Virus record (IMG/VR): IMGVR_UViG_3300020192_000008 | Span: 43,273 to 107,272 of that record | From: a virus | Strand: one strand, 5' to 3' | DNA: 64,000 nucleotides | Part shown: positions 39,863 through 49,296 of the stretch, piece by piece | Layout of the letters: the number at the start of each line of letters is the position of its first letter | Numbering within the stretch: position 1 is the stretch's first letter | The notes under the pieces: model-generated | The model's database searches: none | What the model was told of the DNA's origin: nothing | What the model saw: only the letters and a program-made list of their open reading frames with translations | Program-made: the position numbers and the translations under genes

Positions 39863-40204
39863 ATGAACAAGATCGCGCGCAAGTATGACCTGGACCAGCT
39901 CGTTGCGTCGCGACTAGGGCTAAAGCCGAAGGAGGTGAGGGGCATCACCAAGGTCTTCATAGAGGCCTTGATGGAGTCCCTTGCAGAGCTGAGCGAGGTC
40001 CACCTCGATGGCTTTGGCCAGTTTCACGTCACCAAGGAGGCGGCTCCGAGGGTGACCACCCTTACCCAGGGCACGCTCAAGCTTGGGGAGGGGAAGAAGA
40101 TCGAGGTGCTCATCCCGCACAAGATGCGCGTACACTTCCGAAAGGCCCTGCCATTCCGTCGCCTACTTCAGGCGAAGCACGGCAAGGGTCAGAAGAAGGA
40201 TTGA
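39863..40204 (+). CDS. HU/IHF-like DNA-binding protein
   Basis: KYDLDQLVASRLGL...VHLDGFGQF...VHFRKALPFR. Confidence 0.85.
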   Translation: MNKIARKYDLDQLVASRLGLKPKEVRGITKVFIEALMESLAELSEVHLDGFGQFHVTKEAAPRVTTLTQGTLKLGEGKKIEVLIPHKMRVHFRKALPFRRLLQAKHGKGQKKD

Positions 40205-40209
40205 GCACC

Positions 40210-40401
40210 ATGGACAAGTACGCTGTAGACGAAGGCAAAGACCAGGAGCAGCTCGAGAAGGCGGCATCGCAAGGCTGCCCAAGCTGTGGAGCGCCCGCTG
40301 GGCAGCTTCAGCAGCATGGGTCAGTCTTGATATGCCCCCACTGTGGGTCTGCTCCGTTCGAGTCGAACGGGAGCTCACGTGGCAGGACAACCAGTCGATA
40401 A
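40210..40401 (+). CDS. Small zinc-ribbon protein
   Basis: CPSCG...CPHCG. Confidence 0.55.
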   Translation: MDKYAVDEGKDQEQLEKAASQGCPSCGAPAGQLQQHGSVLICPHCGSAPFESNGSSRGRTTSR

Positions 40402-41593
40402 CCGTAAGAGCGACATCAACACGATCGTTGCGAAGATCAACAAGGCCGCCAAGCGCACCATCATTGGTACGGCCGACAAGCTTCGTAACAGCTACTTCCT
40501 CCGCCGGCCGTCGGGCATCATGCAGCTCGACATAGACACCGGTGGGGGGCTGCCCGCTGGAGGTCTGGCCTGTGTGTCAGGCCTCGACGGCGCCGGCAAG
40601 ACCCACCTCATGTACAAGTACATGGCCATGCATCAGCGGATGTACGGCGATGAGGCAACGATAGCGCTTGCCTGCACTGAGGCGCCCATCGACCACTTCT
40701 ACCTGCGGAAGCTGGGCATCATCGTCTCGGTGCCTGATGAGGCCATCGAGGAGCGGACGAAGTACCGCAAGGACCTTGGGTTTGCTCCCTTCACCAAGGA
40801 GGAGATCAAGGAGATGAAGCGGAGCGTGGGGTGCTTCTACCCCATCGTGGCCGACTACATGGAGCAGATGCTGGACGTGGTTCTCGAGCTTGTCTCGTGC
40901 GACCTCGTGAACATCATCGGCATCGACTCCATCACGGCAGCGCAGCCCAAGGCGTTCGCTGAGCTCGAGAAGATCGAGGAGGAGGCTCGTCAGGGCGCGC
41001 ATGCCACGGCGCTCAAGAAGTTCCTCATCGACTACTTCCCGATGACGGTCTCGTTCAACGAGGTCCCGAACAAGACGACCATCATCATGACGCAACAGAT
41101 GGTCTCAAACCGGAAGAAGAGCGAAGCTCCCTCCTACATCCAGAAGTACCTGCCCGACAGCGTTCCTTCGATGGGCTCGCACAGCCTCAAGCACGGCAAG
41201 CTCATCGACATCCTGCTCACCAATGGTGCCGGTGAGAAGGAGAAGAACGAGACGGGTAAGAAGGAGACCAAGAGCAAGATGCTCGAGTGGGAGATCAAGA
41301 AGGGCAAGGCCGGCGTGCACGAAGGCGTGCGTGGCGAGTCCGAGTTCATCTTCGACGAAGGAGGCATCGACAACGCCCGCACCATCCTGGCCTCTGGCAT
41401 CAAGTGCGGCTTCATCCAGGAAGCCTCGGGGCTCATCACGATCCTCGACCCCAAGACCAAGGAGCCCTCGCCCAAGGTCAACCGCATGCCGGCCAAGGAG
41501 TTCATCGCCATGCTCAACGATGACCCGAGGTTCGACGCCCAGGTAAGGGCGCACATCCTCGCTGAAGAAGGCATTCAGTGCCGCTTCGTGTGA
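40379..41593 (+). CDS. recA: RecA/UvsX-like recombinase
   Basis: SGIMQLDIDTGGGLPAG, GLDGAGKT, IGIDSI, TQQ, GSHSLKH. Confidence 0.88.
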   Translation: MAGQPVDNRKSDINTIVAKINKAAKRTIIGTADKLRNSYFLRRPSGIMQLDIDTGGGLPAGGLACVSGLDGAGKTHLMYKYMAMHQRMYGDEATIALACTEAPIDHFYLRKLGIIVSVPDEAIEERTKYRKDLGFAPFTKEEIKEMKRSVGCFYPIVADYMEQMLDVVLELVSCDLVNIIGIDSITAAQPKAFAELEKIEEEARQGAHATALKKFLIDYFPMTVSFNEVPNKTTIIMTQQMVSNRKKSEAPSYIQKYLPDSVPSMGSHSLKHGKLIDILLTNGAGEKEKNETGKKETKSKMLEWEIKKGKAGVHEGVRGESEFIFDEGGIDNARTILASGIKCGFIQEASGLITILDPKTKEPSPKVNRMPAKEFIAMLNDDPRFDAQVRAHILAEEGIQCRFV

Positions 41594-41594
41594 C

Positions 41595-42092
41595 ATGAAA
41601 ACCATCAGGCTCGTCCCCCAGGTCAACGAGGCCGGGGACGTCCACCTGAAGGTCTCGGCTGTCGGCTTCCAAGATGACGAGGTAGGGCCCCTGGTCGATG
41701 GCCAGGAGCTCGTTGCCATCTTGGAAGACGAGCCCGAACCGGGCAACAGGCACACGGCCAAGACTCTTCGTAAGCGAAGCACGAAGGCCGAGCGAGTCCT
41801 TGCCAAGCAGGTGGGCGGCAAACTCCAACCCGGCTCAGGTTGCCTACCCAAGTACAAGAGCGATGTTCTTGTGAAAGGCAAGACACGCCTCGAACACAAG
41901 TTCACCCAGGCCAAGAGCTACACCCTGAAGTTCTATGACCTACTGAAGCTTCTCGGTGAATGCGAAGACGGGGAAGATCCAGTATTCGTCGTTGAGTTTC
42001 AAGAGCGAGGCACGCTCAAGACTCTGGCGAAGTATGCCATCGTCCCCTTCGAGGACTGGGAGAAAGCACATGACATCGATTCTGACGATTGA
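41595..42092 (+). CDS. PD-(D/E)XK Holliday junction resolvase-like nuclease
   Basis: ERVLAKQVGGKLQPGSG...SDV...LEHK. Confidence 0.65.
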   Translation: MKTIRLVPQVNEAGDVHLKVSAVGFQDDEVGPLVDGQELVAILEDEPEPGNRHTAKTLRKRSTKAERVLAKQVGGKLQPGSGCLPKYKSDVLVKGKTRLEHKFTQAKSYTLKFYDLLKLLGECEDGEDPVFVVEFQERGTLKTLAKYAIVPFEDWEKAHDIDSDD

Positions 42093-42897
42093 AGACTTCC
42101 TCAAGGCACCGGAAGAACAGAAGAAGCAGATCCAAGACGAGGCTGCTCAGATCTCCGTGAGCTTTGAAGAACACCTCGCCAAGGACAAGGGCGACTCGCA
42201 CATCCGTGCCCCCGGCATCCACGCTTCTGAAGTGCATGGCTGCGAGAGAAAGATGGTCTACAGCCTTCTTGGTACCGAGCGCAAAGAGAAGCTCGACAAC
42301 ACCTGGAAGAAGCGCTTCATGGTTGGCCACGCTCTCCACGCCATGCTCCAGACTCAGTTCGAGCAGATGGCAGGAGGGCCCTTCGTCTCCACCTTTCAGT
42401 CTGAGGTGAAGATCTCCCCTGAGCTCCAGCCTGTGGCAGCTGCATGGAACATCCAGTCCCATTGCGACGGCCTCTTTCAGCTGCGTCGCCCAGGCGAACC
42501 TGACCCCTTTGCTCGCGTCGTCCTGGAGATCAAGACGGCGAGCCCAGGGGAGTACGACAAGCTCAAGGCTCCCAAGCCTGAGCACGTAGAGCAAGCGCAC
42601 GTGTACATGGGGTGTCTCGATACGCCGTTCACATGGTTCCTTTACTGGAACAAGGGCAACCAGAACTACACGGGCAGCAACAACCCGAGCTTCTTCACTG
42701 TGTTCAACCCAGACACCTGGATGGGCCTGTTGAAGAAGTTCGAGCGTGGCCACATAGCGGCCGACACCAACCAGCTCCCTGACCGCCTCGAAGGCGTGGG
42801 GTGCGACTTCTGTGCGTTCTCCTGGACGTGTAAGCCCCAGTACCTGCAGCGCAGGAGTGGGACGCACGTTCCTCACGGCAGATGGGTAAGCAAATGA
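42070..42897 (+). CDS. Cas4/RecB-like PD-(D/E)XK exonuclease
   Basis: HASEVHGCERK, GHALH, CDG, EIKT, QAHVYM, CDFCAFSWTC. Confidence 0.8.
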   Translation: MTSILTIEDFLKAPEEQKKQIQDEAAQISVSFEEHLAKDKGDSHIRAPGIHASEVHGCERKMVYSLLGTERKEKLDNTWKKRFMVGHALHAMLQTQFEQMAGGPFVSTFQSEVKISPELQPVAAAWNIQSHCDGLFQLRRPGEPDPFARVVLEIKTASPGEYDKLKAPKPEHVEQAHVYMGCLDTPFTWFLYWNKGNQNYTGSNNPSFFTVFNPDTWMGLLKKFERGHIAADTNQLPDRLEGVGCDFCAFSWTCKPQYLQRRSGTHVPHGRWVSK

Positions 42898-43568
42898 CTG
42901 AAGGCAAGTCGATACGCATCCCGAGAACACTTGGCCCGGGTGGCCAGGTTATCGATCACCCTCCGGAAGAAGGACGCGGTCTCAAGGTCGACAAGGCAGC
43001 CCCTATCGGCGTCACAGCCGAGCAGAAGAAGTCTCTTCAAGAGCACTGGAACACCGCCAGTGAAAGCGAGAAGCTCTACGAGAAGGAAGGCTTCGGGGAG
43101 ATCAAGAAGCCGACCTTCAACTGCCCTGAAGTTGATGAGCAGGTCGTCACCAACCCCGACAGCACCGAGTTCACCACCGTCTACGTTCACCTGCTCGGCT
43201 GGTACTCCTACTGCGCCGAGCTTCTCGCCAAGGTAGACGTCTACATCCTTCAGTACGAGAACCTCCTCGATGTACTGGGGGCTGAGACCCGTGACGTCGC
43301 TCGTAAGCAGCACGCTGAAGGCAAGAAGCCCACGGTCGACGAACTCAAAGACCGCCTTCTTCTCAACCCCCGCTACCTCGAGACCCTGCACGAGCTGCAG
43401 AAGTACCAGCAGCACAAGAAGCTGCTTGCGTCCCGCCTCGAATCCATCGATAGGAGCCTCAAGGTGATCTCCAGGCAGGTCACCATCAGGACCCTCGACA
43501 TGGAAGCGCAGCGCACAGGCTCCAACCTCCCAGGACGCGGCTCACCCAACCGCTCTAGGTTCGGATGA
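42882..43568 (+). CDS. Coiled-coil protein, possibly UvsY-like recombination mediator
   Basis: Helical; KPTVDELKDRLLLNPRY...ISRQVT; recombination-gene context. Confidence 0.45.
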   Translation: MGKQMTEGKSIRIPRTLGPGGQVIDHPPEEGRGLKVDKAAPIGVTAEQKKSLQEHWNTASESEKLYEKEGFGEIKKPTFNCPEVDEQVVTNPDSTEFTTVYVHLLGWYSYCAELLAKVDVYILQYENLLDVLGAETRDVARKQHAEGKKPTVDELKDRLLLNPRYLETLHELQKYQQHKKLLASRLESIDRSLKVISRQVTIRTLDMEAQRTGSNLPGRGSPNRSRFG

Positions 43569-44008
43569 TTCGCCTCTCTGTCCCGTCGCTGCCCCCCTCT
43601 TCCAACAACGCCTACTTCAACAGGCCAGGAGGGGGCAGGTCCCTTACCAAGATCGGTGAGGGCTACAAGAACATCACCAAGGCGCATCTGCAGCAGAACT
43701 ACCGAAGGGAGCTCATGGAGTTTCGGCCCAACAGGCCATACCTCATCGCAGTCACCTTCTACTTCCTCGACCTGCAGAACAAGACTTGGCCAAAAACAGC
43801 CGAGTCTCGGTATAAGCGACTTGACACAAGCAATAGGATCAAACTCCTAGAAGACGTGCTGAAGGACGTGAGCGGAGTCGATGACTCAAACACGCTCACG
43901 CTCATTCTCACAAAGACCATCGGTTCTCCTGAACGGACTGAGCTGGCCGTTTGGGACCTTGAGAAAGAAGAGAGCCCTTTCGATGTCCTCCTCAATACGC
44001 TCTTTTGA
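43565..44008 (+). CDS. rusA: RusA-like Holliday junction resolvase
   Basis: PPSSNNAY, DTSNRIKLLEDVL, VDDS. Confidence 0.75.
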   Translation: MIRLSVPSLPPSSNNAYFNRPGGGRSLTKIGEGYKNITKAHLQQNYRRELMEFRPNRPYLIAVTFYFLDLQNKTWPKTAESRYKRLDTSNRIKLLEDVLKDVSGVDDSNTLTLILTKTIGSPERTELAVWDLEKEESPFDVLLNTLF

Positions 44009-44348
44009 GGAACTGCTCGGGGCCTGCAACCACACCGAGCTGCACCAGATCTGCAGGCGTATGGACATCCATGTCAGACCGACCGCAAGCCGGGAAGACA
44101 TGATCGACTACATCTGCGGGAATGATGAACCCCCTCCGCCATGGCACGGCATCAATGCCTGGCGACATGCCCTCATGGGCTTCGTTCTCGACAACTGGGA
44201 ACTCATACGTTCTCAGATCTCCTGCCCGGCTAAGTCTGGTGACCCGCGTGCCTGCTTCGGTTGTACCGATACGCAGGTGATGTTCTGTGTTGTCGACAAT
44301 CACGACAACGAGTCTCTCATCCAGCTGCACAAGAAGGATCAACCATGA
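43983..44348 (+). CDS. Hypothetical protein with HeH-like N-terminus and Cys cluster
   Basis: NHTELHQICRRMDI...SREDMIDYI; CP...CFGC...C. Confidence 0.6.
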   Translation: MSSSIRSFEELLGACNHTELHQICRRMDIHVRPTASREDMIDYICGNDEPPPPWHGINAWRHALMGFVLDNWELIRSQISCPAKSGDPRACFGCTDTQVMFCVVDNHDNESLIQLHKKDQP

Positions 44349-45052
44349 ACGCTCCCGCAACCACGATGCCCAGCCCCGAGACCGCTCCCCGCACGCCCGA
44401 GGAGCTGACGAAGATGACCGTCTTCCTCCAGCGCAGGCTGGCCGAGCAGCTCAACTCGTCGGGCTTCCCGGTCTGGACGAGCGAGCCGGAGAAGACGGCC
44501 TTCATCACCGAGACCAGCGAGAAGCGCGGGATGATCTTGGCCGAGAAGCTGGCCGCCTTCGACAAGGCCCGTGGCGGTGCTCCCGCCGCTGCAGCTCCGG
44601 TGGCTACGGTGACCCCCATCACCCCGCCGACGGAGGCAACGCCGGCGCCCGCCACGGCCAGCAAGCGTCAGCCCAAGACGCAGGCGGCTGCACCTCCTCC
44701 GGCAGCTGCCCCCGCTGTCAGCGGTGAGCAGGGGGTGCTCTCGTCCGAGGTCGTCAACCTGCTCAAGACGGTCTCGACCGACCTGAAGAACCTGCACGGG
44801 ATGACCGATGCGAGGATCGAAGGGGTGGAGAACCGTCTCGATGGCGGCAAACTCGTCACCAAGGGCGACCTCGTGGAGCTCAAGGACATGCTCACGGCGT
44901 CGATGCGCGTGCAGCAGGCCACGCTCGGGGTGCTCTGCCTGTTCGGGCAGGAGGTGCTCAAGGCCTCCACCCGTGACGTGATGGGTCCGGCGATCGAGGA
45001 GGCGAACAACGCCCTCGACGCTCTGGAGGAACTGGGCAAGGGAAAAGCATTA
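44345..45052 (+). CDS. Hypothetical protein with Ala/Pro linker; -1 frameshift isoform would extend to 45237
   Basis: AAGGA SD; ends AAG GGA AAA GCA TTA; standard-code stop would be at 45208. Confidence 0.65.
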
Positions 45053-45081
45053 GCCAGACGCGGCCCTGGCCGGGCTGCGTC
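45025..45081 (+). promoter_or_regulatory. Programmed -1 ribosomal frameshift signal
   Basis: GGAGG at 45025-45029, slippery G GGA AAA at 45040-45046, 10-bp stem GACGCGGCCC/GGGCTGCGTC at 45057-45081. Confidence 0.7.
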
Positions 45082-45241
45082 CCGCTGTCTTCTTCTGATG
45101 TCTTCCATCTCCCTGACGACCTTACCCAGGTCCCGACCGATGAGCTTGTACGAGCACTTGCCGCTTGCGGCGTGCGTCTCAAGGGCACGGTCACGAGGGA
45201 GCAGCTAGTTCAGACGGTCAAGCGTCTGAGCATCTAAAGAC

Positions 45242-45274
45242 GGGGCCCTTCGGGGCCCCCTTCTTTTTAGCTAC
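45242..45274. terminator. Intrinsic terminator with UUCG tetraloop between convergent genes
   Basis: GGGGCCC-TTCG-GGGCCCC CTTCTTTTTAGCT. Confidence 0.85.
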
Positions 45275-45753
45275 TACTTGGCTGCATGAAGAGCGAACGC
45301 GCCGAGGCTGACAGCCAGGGTGGTGGTGAGCACACCGAGGGCAGCCCCGAACCACACCGAGCTGTACCAAGGGGGGTTCTTGATCTCAGCCTCAAGCTCT
45401 TGAATCTTCGTCTGCTGCAGTGCGGAGCGGGTCTGGTAGTCCTGCGTGACGGCCGCGTATTTGTCCTTCTCAATCTGGAGGAGCTGCTTCACAAAGCCGA
45501 CTTCCACCTCAGAGAGTTTCTTCTGCTGCTCGACGTCGATCTTGAGACGAAGCTTGTACTGCTGCAGCCAGTTAGCCCATCGAAGGGCCGTCTGCTGATC
45601 GAAAAGCTGCCCTGTGAAGGGCGACTTGTCTCCCTCTCGAACGGAGACGATCTTGTCCTCACCGGGGGGAATCGTCTGAACGTCCTGAGCTAGAGCTCGG
45701 GTCGTCATCGTGAGCAGGAGAAGGGGGAGCAAGAAGCGGGCTGATCTCGGCAT
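45274..45753 (-). CDS. Exported coiled-coil protein with C-terminal TM anchor (spanin-like?)
   Basis: Signal peptide MPRSARFLLPLLLLTMTTRALA, coiled coil, PWY followed by a TM helix. Confidence 0.55.
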   Translation of the reverse strand: MPRSARFLLPLLLLTMTTRALAQDVQTIPPGEDKIVSVREGDKSPFTGQLFDQQTALRWANWLQQYKLRLKIDVEQQKKLSEVEVGFVKQLLQIEKDKYAAVTQDYQTRSALQQTKIQELEAEIKNPPWYSSVWFGAALGVLTTTLAVSLGAFALHAAK

Positions 45754-45858
45754 AAGAGTGACGGTAGATCTATACCCCCCGATTGGCGAAGCCACGTCGG
45801 GCGATGACAGTAAATGCCCGTTGTAGGGCACAGAATCTGATCTACGTCAGGAGCAACC

Positions 45859-46815
45859 ATGATCGACACTCTCGTTTACCAAGGCACCGACATCTCTTTC
45901 GAGGCCGAGCAGCTCAACCTGACCGATATGTGGCGGGCCGCTGGGGGCGACCTGTCCAAGCAGCCGGCCAAGTGGCGGGCGCTTCCCAGCGCTCAAGAGT
46001 TCATCACGCACGTGGCAGAGGTCATCCTCCGAAAATCAGAGGATGAGCTTTTTACCGTGATTCGTGGTGGTTTGACCCGCTTTTCGGCTACCTGGGCTCA
46101 CTGGCAGATTGCCATGGCCTACGCGAAGTACCTCAGCGCCCCCTTTCACGCCTGGTGCAACGACGTGGTGAGGGCCCGCTTCGTCGAGTCCAAGGGGGCG
46201 TCTGTTCAGCTCCCGGAGACCATCGACTCGCCCATTCACCGCCTCGACAAGCTCGAGATCCAGGTGGACAAGCTCGTGAAGGCGGGTCGTATCACCGAGC
46301 TGCAAGCTCTCGACGCCATGACGCTCGCCATCAAGAAGGAGCTTGGCTACGACCTGACTGCCATCCCAACCCTCGAATACAAGCAGATCATCGCGAGCAC
46401 CAGCAGCGTTCAGCTCTCTGGCCCTGCAGTGATCATCCCTCAGAAGGAGAAGAGGGGCACCTTCTCAGCCAGGCACCTGACCCGTGAGAACGGCCTGCCC
46501 TCTGGCTTCGTTACCGAGCTCGCAGCCAAGCTCGGTCTCATCGGCGATGAGAACTACACCGAGGCTGACGATCTCGGCTCCGCTCACCACGGGGCTATTG
46601 GCGTGAACTACCGCTACAACAAGGCGGCAGTCGAGGTCATGGTGCCCTACTTCAAGAAGTACAACGAGGCGAAGGACCTGCTCAAGGAGGCGAAGACCAA
46701 GAAGTTCGCTGAGGCAGCTCAGGCCCAGGTCCTCTCCACCATCACCGAGAAGGTGGGCACGGGGACGCTGACGTCGGCGACGACTATCTTCCACCCGACG
46801 AACGCCCCCAAATGA
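45859..46815 (+). CDS. KilA-N domain DNA-binding protein
   Basis: LNLTDMWRAAG...PAKW...TWAHWQIAMAYAKYLSAPFHAWCN. Confidence 0.85.
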   Translation: MIDTLVYQGTDISFEAEQLNLTDMWRAAGGDLSKQPAKWRALPSAQEFITHVAEVILRKSEDELFTVIRGGLTRFSATWAHWQIAMAYAKYLSAPFHAWCNDVVRARFVESKGASVQLPETIDSPIHRLDKLEIQVDKLVKAGRITELQALDAMTLAIKKELGYDLTAIPTLEYKQIIASTSSVQLSGPAVIIPQKEKRGTFSARHLTRENGLPSGFVTELAAKLGLIGDENYTEADDLGSAHHGAIGVNYRYNKAAVEVMVPYFKKYNEAKDLLKEAKTKKFAEAAQAQVLSTITEKVGTGTLTSATTIFHPTNAPK

Positions 46816-46820
46816 ACTGA

Positions 46821-46878
46821 GGAGCTAGAAAAGAAGAAGGGCGGGTCTCTTACGAGGCCCGCCCTTTTCTTTAGCTCC
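46821..46878. terminator. Bidirectional terminator
   Basis: GGAGCTAGAAAAGAAGAAGGGCGGGTCT...AGGCCCGCCCTTTTCTTTAGCTCC. Confidence 0.85.
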
Positions 46879-46884
46879 TGCTTA

Positions 46885-47187
46885 TCAGGGCAGGTGAATC
46901 TCTTCGACGATCTCCCCCGCTGCGTTGACCTTGTGCCAGACGGGGCAGAACCTCGGCCTTGCATGCCCGTCTGGCCAGGTCACGAACTCGTAGAACTCTG
47001 AGAGCTCTCTCACATACTCGGGGCTCACGAGCTCGTCGTTGATCGCAAGATACCTGACCATGGTCGTGTACCCTGCCCCGTTGGTAGCGTTCTTCACAGC
47101 ACCGAGGACGAGGTAGTACTCGCCCTTCTTGTGCTTGTGCAGGCCCTTGATGGGCATCTCTACTTCAAGGGTCTTGTCGTGTTCCAT
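46885..47187 (-). CDS. DUF1653-like small protein
   Basis: GLHKHKKGEYYLVLG...MVRY...YVRELSEF...RPRF. Confidence 0.65.
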   Translation of the reverse strand: MEHDKTLEVEMPIKGLHKHKKGEYYLVLGAVKNATNGAGYTTMVRYLAINDELVSPEYVRELSEFYEFVTWPDGHARPRFCPVWHKVNAAGEIVEEIHLP

Positions 47188-47194
47188 TGTACTT

Positions 47195-49123
47195 CTATCT
47201 GACCGGGCAGGCACCCCCGGCGCAATCGTCGATGTCCAGTGTACCATCACGGGTCAACGTGGCTGTAGTGTCGATACCCCGGCTGAGTTCTTCAAACCGA
47301 GAACGGCTGATGCTCTCGTACGGCGGCTGGGTGTAGCCGTGCTCTGTCGGAAGAACTGACGTGCTCTTCAGACGAGGCGCGTACTCACGCAGACAATCCG
47401 CAAGCTCCTTGGGATTGTCTTTGTTGAACGAGATGGTGCTCGAGACAGCGTTGTCAGCCCAGTTGTCCTGGACCATGAGCTGCCTCTGGAACTGGTCCTT
47501 CACTGTCTCTGTCTGCACCGTGATGCGCGTGTGCTTGGCTTTCATGGGGAACATGAAGGCAAGCGTGCGACCGCTCTTGTCGTAGTTGCAGTACTCGAAC
47601 GGCACGCCTGCCTCGACCAGAGCCACGGCCATCGCATCGTTCTGAGCGATGCGCGTACGACGGATGTAGTACTCATCGAAGGGGGCGTGCAGCCCGGGGG
47701 AGCTGCCGTTGAGCAGGCTGATGGTGCCCGAGGGCTTGACCGTGGTGACCGTCAGAGGCCGAGCTACCCCGAGGCTGTCGGCGTAGCTGTTGGCCTCTTC
47801 ACGGACCACGCGGAAGTAACGCTGCAGAACCTCAGCTGAGCAGGGGAAGTCGCAGATGCCCCCGATGCCCACGCCGATCCTCATGTTCTTGGTGCGGGTA
47901 GCTTCCGCCCTGGGCTCGTGCAGCACGTCGAGGCGCTGACGAATGCAGTAGCGAGCCACCAACTTGAATACATCTTCCACTGGCACAGAGCCGTCGCACA
48001 TAGCCGGGAAGACCTCGGCCAGGTTGCACGCCTCGAAGTCGTGGAGCAGCTGCTCGCCGCAGGGGTTGACCCCCATGGCCTCAGGGTCTGTCAGACGGCC
48101 CAGCACCAGGTTGAGGATGCCAGGCTCGCCGAAGCTGATGTTGTCGTTGACCAGGTTGTCCCAGTTGAAGTTGTCGAACTCGCTCCACTTGCGAAACACG
48201 AGCGAGTTGTTCGACGTATGACGGTGGCTCTCCACCGCCTTCCAGTCCTTCTTCGCGTCCCTGAACTCCTGGTCGTGTGGGTCACCCAGAGCGATGAGCG
48301 CGGACCTACGAACGTTGCCGCTCTTGATGCACTTGCCGATGTGGTTGGTGACATCGAGGCAGTCGACTGAGCTCATCTTCCTGCCGGCTGCTGACCTCAC
48401 GATAGCCCACACAGCCCGCAGCAGCTCGACCAGGGGCCCAGGGCCCGAGGCGATGCCGCCGAAGGTCTTGATGAGCGAGCCACGGCACCGAACGTAGGAG
48501 ACGTCGATGAACAGCGGCTTGCCCTCGAAGGCGTGCTTGAGGGTGAGAAGAAGGGCGTGCACCCAGCCCTGCCTCGAGTCGTCGACGAAGTAGTGGTTGT
48601 CCGGGTGCTTGGCAAGCTGCAGCTCGCCTTCCGTCTCGTTGGTATCCGGGTTCACTTCAACGAAGTCACCATGAGACTTCGAGCAGTGAACAGAGAGCTC
48701 AACAGCGTTGTTAGAGACGTATGGCAGAAGACCAATGTCCCCCAGGCCCACACCTACGCCGCCACCGAGCATGAGCATCTCAGCGACCCAGCCCCAGTCG
48801 TTGTAGTCGCGGATGGTCGCGTACCAGCAGTTGTAGCGAGCAGCCGCAGGGATGCCCGGCACGCCACCCGTCCACAGACCACGACCCGGAGGCAGGCCTT
48901 GCATCGTCCAGAAGACATGGAACAGAAGCTCCATCTCCTTCTGCGTTACCGAGGGATCGAGAGCGCAGTTGCCGATGACACAACGAAGTATCGTATCGGA
49001 CCACACCTCCTTGTTCCTCGAGTACTTGTTCATGTACGTACTGCGGCTCATGAGATTCGGGAAGCAATCGCCGCGCTTGTAGTACGGCGCCAGAAACTCT
49101 TGAGTCAGACCCTTGGTGGCCAT
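47195..49123 (-). CDS. nrdJ: Class II (adenosylcobalamin-dependent) ribonucleotide reductase
   Basis: PPGRGLW, YNC, GNVRRSA, NPCGEQ, CNLAE, TTVKPSGT, C-terminal CAGGACPVR. Confidence 0.92.
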   Translation of the reverse strand: MATKGLTQEFLAPYYKRGDCFPNLMSRSTYMNKYSRNKEVWSDTILRCVIGNCALDPSVTQKEMELLFHVFWTMQGLPPGRGLWTGGVPGIPAAARYNCWYATIRDYNDWGWVAEMLMLGGGVGVGLGDIGLLPYVSNNAVELSVHCSKSHGDFVEVNPDTNETEGELQLAKHPDNHYFVDDSRQGWVHALLLTLKHAFEGKPLFIDVSYVRCRGSLIKTFGGIASGPGPLVELLRAVWAIVRSAAGRKMSSVDCLDVTNHIGKCIKSGNVRRSALIALGDPHDQEFRDAKKDWKAVESHRHTSNNSLVFRKWSEFDNFNWDNLVNDNISFGEPGILNLVLGRLTDPEAMGVNPCGEQLLHDFEACNLAEVFPAMCDGSVPVEDVFKLVARYCIRQRLDVLHEPRAEATRTKNMRIGVGIGGICDFPCSAEVLQRYFRVVREEANSYADSLGVARPLTVTTVKPSGTISLLNGSSPGLHAPFDEYYIRRTRIAQNDAMAVALVEAGVPFEYCNYDKSGRTLAFMFPMKAKHTRITVQTETVKDQFQRQLMVQDNWADNAVSSTISFNKDNPKELADCLREYAPRLKSTSVLPTEHGYTQPPYESISRSRFEELSRGIDTTATLTRDGTLDIDDCAGGACPVR

Positions 49124-49296
49124 CAGAACCTCGCTGCGCAGAGACAGAAAAGCCGGGCATGGGCGTGGGAACCCAGCACGGCTCAGTGAATGATGCGGAC
49201 TACTGCCTACCCCTCCCCCGTCCGTTTGCCGCGAGACGAGGGGAGAGACAGGAAGAAGCCCATCACGGTATCAGGCTAGCATGGGGTGTCTACCCC

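Noticed and set aside
42070-42897. Cas4-like gene as evidence of a CRISPR system
   Set aside because: No repeat-spacer array or other cas genes seen; solo Cas4-like nucleases are common in phage recombination modules.
4936-45052. TTA ends explained by +1 slippage onto TAG (TTA G context)
   Set aside because: Only 4 of 11 sites are TTAG; the rest are TTATG (4) or TTAC (3), so this cannot be the general explanation.
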